Shown piece after piece: positions 6,894-15,737 of a DNA stretch of 25,951 nucleotides; within the stretch, counting starts at the first letter, position 1; every line of letters starts with the position of its first letter. This DNA comes from a virus (taxonomy: Duplodnaviria > Caudoviricetes), in the IMG/VR virus record IMGVR_UViG_3300006752_000188, positions 1-25,951 of that record; one strand, 5' to 3'. Both the position numbers and the translations under genes were made by a program. Below the pieces are notes generated by a model that saw nothing but the letters and a program-made list of their open reading frames with translations, was not told the DNA's origin and did not search any database.

Positions 6894-7864
6894 CCTACAG
6901 TTTAATTGAGATGCTGCGTTACAAACGCCCAGAGGGTAGTCAAACGCAGAAAGAATTTTGTCAAAGGTTTCTCGAACCTACGTTCGGTTTACCTGACAAG
7001 CATGGCAACTACATACACATCGTTGGCGATGAGCCTAACCTGTGTTTCACTGCACACCATGACACTGTGCATAAGACTGAGGGTATGCAGCAACTCGTTG
7101 TTATCAATGATGTAATCTCTGTTGCTGATGCAAAGGTATCTAGCTGCCTTGGTGCTGACTGCACCACGGGTGTGTGGCTTATCCTTGGTATGATTGAAGA
7201 GGGTGTAGAGGGTGTCTATGTCATCCATGCAGCTGAGGAAGTAGGGTGCAAAGGTAGTCGTGCACTTGTTAATGATAACCCTTGGTGGCTGAGTTATATC
7301 GACGCAGTGATTAGCTTTGATCGGTACGGCACAGAGTCTGTTATCACCCACCAGATGGGCTTACGTACAGCCTCGGATGAGTTTGCAGCATCCTTCTCTG
7401 AGGCAATCAACTTGCCGCAGTTCAAAGCCGACTCGGGTGGCTCTTACACTGACAGCAACGAGTACATGCTCGACGTATCAGAATGCACAAATATCAGTGT
7501 CGGATATTACGGACAGCATGGTGTCAATGAGACTCAAGACATTGATTTTGCTAATGTCTTACTCACTGCCCTGTGTCTAGCTGACTGGACACGCCTGGTG
7601 TTCAAACGTGACCCTAGTGTTGTTGAGGACAGGTATGTGTACAGCTCTCAGGCCACTGGTTACGAGCCAGTGTGTAATGAGGACAACATAGACCAACTCG
7701 AGACATTGGTCATCGACTACCCGCATAAGATTGCAGAGATGCTAGATCAATACGGATTTACACCCCATAGCCTCATGGAGGAATGCCAAATTGATGATGT
7801 AAAACAATACTATAACTACTACGATGCGTATGCTACGAGGTTAGGTAAAAAATATTTAGGTTGA
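6890..7864 (+). CDS. M20/M28-type binuclear Zn metallopeptidase/amidohydrolase
   Basis: AHHDTVH, LGADCTTG, AAEEVG, FDR and N(I)SVGY..QH motifs. Start moved to ATG 6890, which overlaps the upstream TGA. Confidence 0.85.
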   Translation: MTYSLIEMLRYKRPEGSQTQKEFCQRFLEPTFGLPDKHGNYIHIVGDEPNLCFTAHHDTVHKTEGMQQLVVINDVISVADAKVSSCLGADCTTGVWLILGMIEEGVEGVYVIHAAEEVGCKGSRALVNDNPWWLSYIDAVISFDRYGTESVITHQMGLRTASDEFAASFSEAINLPQFKADSGGSYTDSNEYMLDVSECTNISVGYYGQHGVNETQDIDFANVLLTALCLADWTRLVFKRDPSVVEDRYVYSSQATGYEPVCNEDNIDQLETLVIDYPHKIAEMLDQYGFTPHSLMEECQIDDVKQYYNYYDAYATRLGKKYLG

Positions 7865-7868
7865 CCCC

Positions 7869-7896
7869 TTGACATACGAAATAAAGTGTCTATTTT
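7869..7896 (+). promoter_or_regulatory. Sigma70-type promoter for the tRNA/integrase/replication arm
   Basis: TTGACA (7869-7874), N16, TATTTT (7891-7896). Shares the CCCCTTGAC context with the promoter at 1811. Confidence 0.55.
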
Positions 7897-7900
7897 ATAT

Positions 7901-7967
7901 TACTTAAAGTAACTTAAAGTTACTGTAATAATTATTATTATAGTAATAATAGATACTTTAAGTATAA
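7901..7967. repeat. ACTTWAAGT repeat cluster, locus 2
   Basis: Copies at 7902, 7912 and 7955 around an almost purely A/T spacer. Confidence 0.88.
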
Positions 7968-7978
7968 CTATAGGTTCA

Positions 7979-8055
7979 CCATCCTTAGCTCAACTGGATA
8001 GAGCAACTGCCTTCTAAGCAGTAGGTTGCAGGTTCGAGTCCTGCAGGGTGGGCCA
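7979..8055 (+). tRNA. tRNA-Arg (UCU)
   Basis: Full cloverleaf: acceptor CCATCCT/AGGGTGG, D arm GCTC/GAGC with A20, anticodon arm ACTGC-CTTCTAA-GCAGT, T arm GCAGG-TTCGAGT-CCTGC, discriminator G, encoded CCA. Confidence 0.97.
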
Positions 8056-8071
8056 ATCTATGGAGGCTAAC

Positions 8072-8119
8072 ATGGACGATCCACATGACGATTGTACACA
8101 CTGGTTAGGAAAGTTATGA
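8072..8119 (+). CDS. Putative 15-aa leader peptide MDDPHDDCTHWLGKL coupled to the integrase
   Basis: GGAGG (8062-8066) 5 nt before ATG 8072; its TGA overlaps the integrase ATG (ATGA 8116-8119). Confidence 0.5.
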   Translation: MDDPHDDCTHWLGKL

Positions 8120-9000
8120 GATTTAGAACAGCAGTAGATGAATACCTACACACACGTCAATTTGCATCGCTGGCCGCATCCTCTCAAAAAGGCTACGAGT
8201 CAGCACTACATTCTTTCTGTCGCATGTCCGTAGGTGGAAGAACTCTGGGTAATATCTCCATCAAGAATCTTAACGTCCCACTTTGCACGGAGATTTACGA
8301 TACGTGGGAGATGGAGACATCTACATCCAACGCAAACCACAAGGCACGTATATTCTCTGTCCTGATGAATTATCTAATCACGATGGAAAAGATGCCCACC
8401 AACCCTATGTCACGAGTACGCAAACGTACAAGTGAGCCACGTTCAGTTATCTGGACACACGATCAAGTACTATCATGCCTCGACGCAGCATTCCAAAACT
8501 TTGACTGGAGAAACCTGGGTTTGATTATCTTGATGTGTTATGAGTGGGGGCAGAGGCCCATAGACATACGCAACTTGCAATGGGATCAAGTTGACCTTGA
8601 GAGTGAGGTAGTGACAATCACTCAAAGCAAACGAGGTGCAACTGTTGAGCTACCTATTCCAGACAACTTACTCACCATGCTCAAACAGCAGAAAGAGGAC
8701 TGGGACTTCCAGCCCTACGTAGTACCTCACCACAGGCCGCAGGACAGTGCCTACAGGCCTCTAACGATTGTCCAGATGACAACACTGCTCACAGACGTTA
8801 AGGCTGCTGCAGGGCTTCCTGATGACCTCCGAGTGGGTGACCTTAGAAAGACCGCCATTGTGCAGATGATCGAGAGCGGTGTAGACCACCTTGCAATTCA
8901 ATCCGTATCAGGTCATAAGCATGTACAAAGTCTAAACCCGTACAACAAGTTTAGTTTAAAAACCGCAAAGTCTGCATTGGATAGGAGACAAAGAGTATGA
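8116..9000 (+). CDS. Tyrosine recombinase/integrase
   Basis: Core-binding domain, then GQRPIDIRNL (Arg I), TQSK (Lys), GDLRKT (Arg II, His replaced by Gly), SGHK and NPY (catalytic Tyr). Confidence 0.9.
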   Translation: MRFRTAVDEYLHTRQFASLAASSQKGYESALHSFCRMSVGGRTLGNISIKNLNVPLCTEIYDTWEMETSTSNANHKARIFSVLMNYLITMEKMPTNPMSRVRKRTSEPRSVIWTHDQVLSCLDAAFQNFDWRNLGLIILMCYEWGQRPIDIRNLQWDQVDLESEVVTITQSKRGATVELPIPDNLLTMLKQQKEDWDFQPYVVPHHRPQDSAYRPLTIVQMTTLLTDVKAAAGLPDDLRVGDLRKTAIVQMIESGVDHLAIQSVSGHKHVQSLNPYNKFSLKTAKSALDRRQRV

Positions 9001-9170
9001 TATATCTGTTAATATGGTTTGTACTAGTGCCTGAACAAGGTGTTAGGTATTATCACCTAGGTACTTACGGGAACGAAACACTCTGTAAGACTGCGTTGAG
9101 AGATGCAGCAATTATGGTCAACGATAAGGATGAGACAGTAGAATGTATTGGAGTACAGACAGATGATTGA
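8997..9170 (+). CDS. Small hypothetical protein with hydrophobic N-terminus (57 aa; not in ORF track)
   Basis: [57 protein letters not shown]; AGGAG RBS; overlaps both neighbours. Confidence 0.7.
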   Translation: MIYLLIWFVLVPEQGVRYYHLGTYGNETLCKTALRDAAIMVNDKDETVECIGVQTDD

Positions 9171-9831
9171 AGTAACATACATAGATCACATGGGGTCAGA
9201 CCTATCTGTGGTCAATGCAGCTAGGGTTAGCTTTGGTAAAAAGAGTGAGGCACTAGGTGAGGTGGGTATAGGTGATGACCCAATCATAGTGCCTGTACTG
9301 CATGACAATGACGTAAGGCTAATCAGGTATCTTGCCAAGCACAACCACAAGTCTCCATTCAACCATGCCTTTGCTACGTTCCATGTTAAGGCACCGATCT
9401 TTGTAGCACGTCAGCTAGTCAAGCATGAGTACATGCCTTGGAATGAGATCAGCCGCAGGTACGTTGATGATGAACCTGAGTTCTATGTACCTGCTGTGTG
9501 GCGTGGGCGTAGTGCTGATAAGAAGCAAGGCTCCGATGGTGTCGTTGATGTGGGCGATTGGGGTGATACTAATTGGGCATGTCTTACCGCATACAAAGAT
9601 TTACTTGAACAGGGTGTGGCACCGGAACAAGCACGTATGGTACTGCCACAGTCTACTATGACTGAGTGGTACTGGTCAGGTTCCCTATTTGCCTTTGCTA
9701 AGATGTGCGGCCTGCGTCTCAAGGATGACACTCAGTACGAGACAAGGTTAGTGGCTCAAGAAATTGAGGATGTTATGATGGACATATACCCTAATTCTTG
9801 GGAAGCATTGAGGATGTATGACGATGAGTAA
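9163..9831 (+). CDS. thyX: Flavin-dependent thymidylate synthase
   Basis: [25 protein letters not shown]....[15 protein letters not shown] and Q.ETR motifs. Start at ATG 9163. Confidence 0.95.
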   Translation: MIEVTYIDHMGSDLSVVNAARVSFGKKSEALGEVGIGDDPIIVPVLHDNDVRLIRYLAKHNHKSPFNHAFATFHVKAPIFVARQLVKHEYMPWNEISRRYVDDEPEFYVPAVWRGRSADKKQGSDGVVDVGDWGDTNWACLTAYKDLLEQGVAPEQARMVLPQSTMTEWYWSGSLFAFAKMCGLRLKDDTQYETRLVAQEIEDVMMDIYPNSWEALRMYDDE

Positions 9832-10036
9832 GATGTATGAATTAGAACCAATGATAATGGACTGTTGGCATGTCTGTGATGACCTACAGGTAGTATTCAG
9901 ACAGATAGGTGATGGTGAACGTGAGCCTACGTATGATGAGATGATGAACACCTTGATGGGTATGCAGCAGTTATATCAGTGGAAGTTTGAGCAACTGTTC
10001 AACAAGTATGAGGATGTACTCCGTGACAGACAATGA
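9824..10036 (+). CDS. Hypothetical protein
   Basis: Overlapping operon packing with thyX. Confidence 0.7.
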   Translation: MSKMYELEPMIMDCWHVCDDLQVVFRQIGDGEREPTYDEMMNTLMGMQQLYQWKFEQLFNKYEDVLRDRQ

Positions 10037-10196
10037 GTGGCCCTTAGAGGCAGACTTCACAGATGTCAGGCCTATGACACCAGAGGAACGTAAAGCATCT
10101 TTTGATCGTGACGCAAAGAACAAATGGCGTAAGTGTGTCAGTTGTGGTAATGCAAGTAGAGACACATGGTGTGGTTTCTGTCTGGAGGAAGAATGA
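10023..10196 (+). CDS. Small Zn-finger protein
   Basis: C-terminal CVSC...WCGFC; start uncertain (GTG 10023 or ATG 10014). Confidence 0.65.
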   Translation: MTDNEWPLEADFTDVRPMTPEERKASFDRDAKNKWRKCVSCGNASRDTWCGFCLEEE

Positions 10197-10504
10197 TAAA
10201 GAGTGAATGGAATTGTCTAATAAAAGAACGTGAAGACTTTAAGGAGAGTGTATTGGCAGAGCATACATCAGACATCGTGAATGAGCCTAAGCACTACGCA
10301 CGGTGGGCCATTGAGCCTATCACATACATCATGCGTAATGGCTTTGAGTTCTGGCGTGGCAACATTGTTAAGTATGCCAGCCGTGCAGGCTACAAGCTGT
10401 ACGAGGGTAAGACGCAGGTAGAAAGTGAGATCATTGACTTGGAGAAAGTTCAACGCTATTGTCAGATGCGTATCAATCAACTTAATGGAGAGGAGAAGTT
10501 ATGA
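10193..10504 (+). CDS. DUF3310 family protein (related to T7 gp1.7-type nucleotide kinases)
   Basis: VNEPKHY...EPI...F..GNIVKY..RAG.K...DLEK signature; GGAGG RBS. Confidence 0.8.
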   Translation: MIKSEWNCLIKEREDFKESVLAEHTSDIVNEPKHYARWAIEPITYIMRNGFEFWRGNIVKYASRAGYKLYEGKTQVESEIIDLEKVQRYCQMRINQLNGEEKL

Positions 10505-10641
10505 TACCTGTAGGTCAACTAAGATTGCTACTCACTAAGGCGGGACTAGAGTACGTCATAACTCGTGTTGAGGGTAACATAGCACACGTCAACATTCTTG
10601 TAGCGGAGCAACCAGATGTACACAGTAGAACTGGAATATGA
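10501..10641 (+). CDS. Small hypothetical protein (46 aa; not in ORF track)
   Basis: MIPVGQLRLLLTKAGLEYVITRVEGNIAHVNILVAEQPDVHSRTGI; GAGGAG RBS and ATGA overlap. Confidence 0.65.
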   Translation: MIPVGQLRLLLTKAGLEYVITRVEGNIAHVNILVAEQPDVHSRTGI

Positions 10642-10858
10642 TTATGCCCTTATTAGAACACTTGACGAGGAGGACAGACACGAGGATGTTGAAGTTGTGA
10701 TAGGGGAGGGCGGAGAGGTTTTTATACTTCAGTATAACGAATCTCGCCAAAGAAATTCTGTCATAGCTATGTCTTTACAACAGCTCGTAGATCTGTATGC
10801 TGCAATGGATAGCCCAGAAGGGCTTTTTCAACTGGAGGTCAAACGTGGCAAACAATGA
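10616..10858 (+). CDS. Hypothetical protein (80 aa)
   Basis: GGAG RBS; packed between neighbours. Confidence 0.7.
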   Translation: MYTVELEYDYALIRTLDEEDRHEDVEVVIGEGGEVFILQYNESRQRNSVIAMSLQQLVDLYAAMDSPEGLFQLEVKRGKQ

Positions 10859-12458
10859 TAATCCACACCTAGCTTGTCCCTATCAAGACTGCGGATCAAG
10901 TGATGCATTTAATTGGAATGATGATGGCTTCGGCCATTGCCATTCTTGCTCTAGGGCTTACCCAATGCGAGACATGCCAGATGTTTTCGAATGGGTCAAG
11001 TCCGAGTATCCATTGAAGGAGAGGAGAAACCCTATGGATATACCAATTGTGTCTCAGACATATGAGGGCATACGAGGCTTAGATGCTGACGTGTCCGAAC
11101 TGTATGGCATTGCTATACAGCAAGGTGATGACGGACGACCTGTTCGTTATGCCTACAAGTACCCACACACAGTTAAGTATAGGCTAGTCGATGACAAGTC
11201 TAAGACTTGGACAAAGGATCGGGGCATGGGTATGAACCACCTGTTTGGCCCTGAGTTTAATGCAGGGACAAGTCAACGTATTTACTTGACGGAAGGTGAG
11301 TTTGATGCAGCATCCCTGTATCAGATACTTGGCAAGACCTTCCCCGTAAAATCCTTGCCCAGCGCAAGTATCGGTGAAAAGTTCATAGCCCACAATCATC
11401 TTTATCTGTCGTCATTCAAAGAGATTATCTACGCAGGTGAACTTGATCCTGCAGGACGTAGGGCAGCAGATAAGTTGTATCAGGCATTCCCTGATAAATT
11501 CTTCTACGTACCTATGTCCAAGCACAAAGATGCCAACGACTTCCTTCAAGCAGGAGATGGCAAAGACTTGATGTGGGCAGCTAAGAAGCCCATGCGGTAC
11601 AGCCCAGAGAACTTCTTTTGTTCCAGCGAGGATTTTTCTAGTGCACTACGTACAGAAAATCCTTACGAGTATGTACCTACTGGTCACTCAGGTCTTGACG
11701 AAAAGATCCGTGGAATGGTTAAAGGGGGACTAACCTTTATTAAGGCTCCCCGTGGTACTGGTAAGACTGAGGTGATCCGTTACTTTGAGACAGGCCTTCT
11801 TCAGAACGAGGGTGTCAAGGTTGCACTACTACACATGGAGGAGATGAAGTCCACTACACTACGTGCTATGGCTACCTACGAACTTGGTGCCAATGTTCGG
11901 ACCAAAGAGGATACCGAACGCAATGGCTACACTCTAAATGATGTTGAGGCCGCAGCTAATAAGATTGCCGACTCTGAGAACAACAGGACAATCATCTTTG
12001 AGATGCAGTCTCACGATAACCCACTGACACTGCTCGACTACACTCGTATGGCCGTGACATCATTCGGTGCTGACTTTGTTTTCGTTGATCACGTACAACG
12101 TCTGGCCTACCTGTCTAGCTCAGGTGTTGATGGTGCAACGAGTACATTGACCACACTAGGTTCACGTATGGCACAGCTTGCTAAGGAGCTAAACATAGGT
12201 GTGGTATTTATCTCACAGGTCAATGATGATGGGCGTACAAAGTATGCAGCATCACTTGAAGAGGAGGCTATCATTTGTGTAAAGATAGAACGAGACACTG
12301 AGTCCGACGACGAGATACTTCAGAACACAACTGAGTTTATTGTTGACAAGAACAGGCCATTTGCTAAATTGGGCAAAGCAGGTTCGGTCTACTACGATCC
12401 GGAGACAACGATCCTCAGTGAAGATGTACCGTATGATAGGAGTGAGATAGCAGCATGA
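10845..12458 (+). CDS. DNA primase-helicase (T7 gp4-like)
   Basis: GTG start after GGAGG; Zn finger CPYQDC..CHSC; TOPRIM TEGEFDA and KDAND; Walker A APRGTGKT; FVDH; ISQ; KNR. Confidence 0.95.
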   Translation: MANNDNPHLACPYQDCGSSDAFNWNDDGFGHCHSCSRAYPMRDMPDVFEWVKSEYPLKERRNPMDIPIVSQTYEGIRGLDADVSELYGIAIQQGDDGRPVRYAYKYPHTVKYRLVDDKSKTWTKDRGMGMNHLFGPEFNAGTSQRIYLTEGEFDAASLYQILGKTFPVKSLPSASIGEKFIAHNHLYLSSFKEIIYAGELDPAGRRAADKLYQAFPDKFFYVPMSKHKDANDFLQAGDGKDLMWAAKKPMRYSPENFFCSSEDFSSALRTENPYEYVPTGHSGLDEKIRGMVKGGLTFIKAPRGTGKTEVIRYFETGLLQNEGVKVALLHMEEMKSTTLRAMATYELGANVRTKEDTERNGYTLNDVEAAANKIADSENNRTIIFEMQSHDNPLTLLDYTRMAVTSFGADFVFVDHVQRLAYLSSSGVDGATSTLTTLGSRMAQLAKELNIGVVFISQVNDDGRTKYAASLEEEAIICVKIERDTESDDEILQNTTEFIVDKNRPFAKLGKAGSVYYDPETTILSEDVPYDRSEIAA

Positions 12459-14308
12459 TTGTATTTGATGTAGAAGCTGATGGACTACTTGATCAGGCTA
12501 CAAAGATACATTGCTTATCCTATACCCACGATGGTAAAACTTATCACAGTTTGCATGATTACTCTGCTATGCGTGATCTCCTACTCAGTCAGCCTGGTCT
12601 GATTGGTCACAACATTATCAGGTATGATGTACCACTTGTTGAAAAGATCTTGGGTATCAAGGTGACAGCACGTCTCTTTGACACGCTGCCAATGTCTTGG
12701 GTACTCAACTACACTCGATCCGATTCAAAGCACGGTCTAGAGTCTTTTGGTGAGGATTTTGGTATCCCTAAACCTAAGATTGATGACTGGGAAAACTTAA
12801 CCCTTGAGGAGTATATACACAGATGTACAGAGGATGTAAAAATCAATTGGTGCTTGTGGCAAAATCTTCTAAAGAGATTTATGTTCATCTACAAGGACAA
12901 GTTAAATCTGGATCGGTTCTTCCGGTATCTGGAGTTTAAGATGAACTGTGCTGCTACTGCCGAAGCCCTTGGATGGAAGCTAGATATTGATCTTGCACAG
13001 AGATGTGTAGACGACATCATCAAGCAGAAATCTCATAAGGAATCTGAGTTAGGTGCAGTCATGCCCAAACGTAAGGTCACTTCAAAAAAGACTAAGCCAA
13101 AGAACTGTTTCCGTAAGGACGGTACAGCATCGGCTCATGGTCAACGTTGGTTTGATCTATTGCAAGAGCAGAGCCTACCACCACACTTTGACGGTGAGGT
13201 AGAGGTCATCAAAGGTTGGAATGAACCTAATCCAAACTCTACCGATCAGGTCAAGGACTGGCTATACTCTATGGGTTGGGAGCCATGCACATTTAAATAC
13301 GACAGGAATAAGGAGACTGGCGAAGAGAAAAAGATACCTCAAGTACGTAAAGATGGAGAGCTGACCGACTCAGTAAAGTTGATAGCAGAGAGTAACCCTG
13401 CTGTTAAAGTTCTTGAAGGTCTGACCGTCTTGCAGCATAGACTCAAGATCTTTGAAGCATTTCTCGAATGCCAACAAGATGGCTACGTCAGAGCTGAGAT
13501 AGCTGGACTTACCAACACTCTCCGTTTCAAACACAAGAAACCACTGGTCAACCTTCCTGGGGTAGACAGGCCGTGGGGCAAAGAAGTACGTGGTTGCTTG
13601 ATTGCTCCAGAGGGCTACATCCTATGCGGTGCTGATATGACATCCCTTGAAGATACAACTAAGAGACACTACATGCACCCTTACGATCCTGACTACGTGC
13701 AAGAGATGTCTCAAGAAGGTTTTGATCCACACCTTGACTTGGCTAAACATGCAGGTGCTATTAAACAGACTGACATTGATTCTTACAACCAAGGTCAACG
13801 TCCGGAGTTGAAGACACTACGCAAGAACTATAAGGTAGTTAACTATTCTGCTACTTACGGAGTTGGTGCAGCTAAGTTGTCCCGTACTACTGGTATGGCT
13901 GTTCCCCATGCACAATCTATCTTAGATGCATACTGGGAACGTAATTGGTCTGTCAAAGCATTTGCCGAGGATCAAAAGGTTCGACAGATCAACGGAGAGA
14001 TGTGGGTACAAAACCCTGTCAGTGGCTTCTGGCATTCTCTTCGTTATGAGAAAGATGTATTCTCTACACTCAACCAATCCACCGGAGCTTACTGCTTTGA
14101 TAAGTGGGTTGCCTACTACAGATCACGCAGACCTAATATCATAGGTCAGTTTCACGATGAATCAATCAACCTTGTTAAGGAAGGAGAGCAAAATGAGCAC
14201 ACAAAAACATTGATCTGGGCTATTGAAAAACTTAATCAGGAACTTAAATTAAATGTTGACTTGGGTATTGATGTTCAATATGGTCAACGGTATAGTGACG
14301 TACACTAA
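12455..14308 (+). CDS. Family A DNA polymerase with 3'-5' exonuclease
   Basis: Exo motifs FDVEAD, GHNIIRYD, C..DV; Pol motifs ADMTSLE, RKNYKVVNYSATYG, FHDE. Confidence 0.96.
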   Translation: MIVFDVEADGLLDQATKIHCLSYTHDGKTYHSLHDYSAMRDLLLSQPGLIGHNIIRYDVPLVEKILGIKVTARLFDTLPMSWVLNYTRSDSKHGLESFGEDFGIPKPKIDDWENLTLEEYIHRCTEDVKINWCLWQNLLKRFMFIYKDKLNLDRFFRYLEFKMNCAATAEALGWKLDIDLAQRCVDDIIKQKSHKESELGAVMPKRKVTSKKTKPKNCFRKDGTASAHGQRWFDLLQEQSLPPHFDGEVEVIKGWNEPNPNSTDQVKDWLYSMGWEPCTFKYDRNKETGEEKKIPQVRKDGELTDSVKLIAESNPAVKVLEGLTVLQHRLKIFEAFLECQQDGYVRAEIAGLTNTLRFKHKKPLVNLPGVDRPWGKEVRGCLIAPEGYILCGADMTSLEDTTKRHYMHPYDPDYVQEMSQEGFDPHLDLAKHAGAIKQTDIDSYNQGQRPELKTLRKNYKVVNYSATYGVGAAKLSRTTGMAVPHAQSILDAYWERNWSVKAFAEDQKVRQINGEMWVQNPVSGFWHSLRYEKDVFSTLNQSTGAYCFDKWVAYYRSRRPNIIGQFHDESINLVKEGEQNEHTKTLIWAIEKLNQELKLNVDLGIDVQYGQRYSDVH

Positions 14309-14324
14309 CGTAATGGAGGGCCAA

Positions 14325-14825
14325 ATGGCTACACGTAAAGTAAAAGTATCAGGCATTGCTGAATGGGCAAAAGTATTTCCACAGAACCGTGATATGGAAG
14401 GTTTTGATGGTGTGTACAGAGACCATGACGGTGCTTGTACAATTGACATTATTATGGATGAGGACAACCTAACTGCATTAAAGGCTTCACGTTCTATGAA
14501 GAAAGGATCACCCGATCCTCAAGGACGTGGTACTAAGGTTAAGTTTATCCGTAAGTATGATACAGGAAGGGATTGGGACAGTGGTGCGCCTATTGTTACT
14601 TGGGCTGATGGCAGCCCTTACGACCTTGATACCGATGGCTCTATTGGTAATGGATCTACAGTAGAAGTAGAGCTATCAGTCTATGATACTAGCCGACCTG
14701 CTATTGTTGGCACACGACTTGACAAAGTTACCGTGCTTGATAAGGTAGATTATATTAGGGATACTGCAGGGGAAACCGCTTCGCCACCCGCTGCAGCTAA
14801 ACAAGAAGGCGAAGTGTTGTTTTAA
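14325..14825 (+). CDS. Putative single-stranded DNA-binding protein (gp2.5-like)
   Basis: GGAGG RBS; beta-rich with IGNGS motif; flexible tail ending in acidic residues and Phe (EGEVLF); lies between the polymerase and the exonuclease. Confidence 0.7.
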   Translation: MATRKVKVSGIAEWAKVFPQNRDMEGFDGVYRDHDGACTIDIIMDEDNLTALKASRSMKKGSPDPQGRGTKVKFIRKYDTGRDWDSGAPIVTWADGSPYDLDTDGSIGNGSTVEVELSVYDTSRPAIVGTRLDKVTVLDKVDYIRDTAGETASPPAAAKQEGEVLF

Positions 14826-14845
14826 CCTCCTCTGAAAACAACTAG

Positions 14846-14865
14846 TGGCCCCCTTCGGGGGGCCA
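14846..14865 (+). other. GC-rich cUUCGg tetraloop hairpin (stabiliser or weak terminator)
   Basis: TGGCCCCC-TTCG-GGGGGCCA, with no U-tract after it. Confidence 0.7.
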
Positions 14866-14882
14866 TAACTTAAGGAGATCTT

Positions 14883-15737
14883 ATGAAAAAGATTGAGACA
14901 TTAGTAGAAGACCTAGAGTCCGTTCTCTACGGCCTTGGTGGATGGAACGGTACGATAGGATCAATGTTAGGTAATAACATTGCAGATTCTGCCAACAAAA
15001 GATTTAGCAAACCGCAAGAGCCTCGGGGATACCTATCTCTGTCGTCTATCGGTACTCCGTGCAAACGTAAGTTATGGTACAAAGTTAATAAGCCTGGAAC
15101 TGGAGAGCCACTGAGTGCTAACCTACTTCTCAGGTTTTTTTACGGTGACATGATTGAAGAATTAATCCTATCAATGGTTGTTGCTTCTGGTCATAGTATG
15201 GAAGGTTCTCAAGATAGACTTACTGTACATGGTATCCGTGGTCACCGTGACTGTGTTATTGACGGAATGACTGTAGATGTTAAGTCCTGCAGCCCATTCG
15301 CATTCAAGAAGTTTAAAGAGGGCAAGCTCCGAGATAATGACGCTTTCGGCTACATTAGTCAGCTAAGTTCTTATGTATATGCAGGTAAAGATGATCCGTT
15401 AGTTACAAATAAAACACATGGTGCATTTCTTGCTGTTGACAAAGTTAGCGGTGAGATTTGCTTGGACGTACATGACTTTACAGAAGACCTTAAGACCAAA
15501 GAACAGGAGATGCTTGCAGCTAAAGAGATGGTTGCTGGTGATTTACCTGCAGATCGTATCCAACCTGTGCCTGCAAGTAAGGCAAGTCCTAATACCAAGT
15601 TAGATAAGTCCTGCCAGTTTTGTGAGTATAAGAAAATATGCTGGCCTAATCTTAGAATGTTTAAGTATTCATATGGTACTGAGTACTTAGTGCACGTAGA
15701 GAAAGAGCCAAAGGTTGATGAGGTCTTCAATGACTAA
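14883..15737 (+). CDS. PD-(D/E)xK (Cas4/RecB-like) exonuclease
   Basis: SSIG.PC.R.LWY, GH.D.......DVKS, Y..QL..Y and C-terminal CQFCEYKKIC. Confidence 0.85.
   Translation: MKKIETLVEDLESVLYGLGGWNGTIGSMLGNNIADSANKRFSKPQEPRGYLSLSSIGTPCKRKLWYKVNKPGTGEPLSANLLLRFFYGDMIEELILSMVVASGHSMEGSQDRLTVHGIRGHRDCVIDGMTVDVKSCSPFAFKKFKEGKLRDNDAFGYISQLSSYVYAGKDDPLVTNKTHGAFLAVDKVSGEICLDVHDFTEDLKTKEQEMLAAKEMVAGDLPADRIQPVPASKASPNTKLDKSCQFCEYKKICWPNLRMFKYSYGTEYLVHVEKEPKVDEVFND

Noticed and set aside
7979-8055. Host tRNA marking a prophage boundary
   Set aside because: Phage-type genes and the same repeat motif lie on both sides, and there is no duplicated tRNA fragment in the window.
14883-15737. CRISPR-associated Cas4
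   Set aside because: Stand-alone Cas4-like nucleases are common in phage replication modules; no cas genes or array are present.
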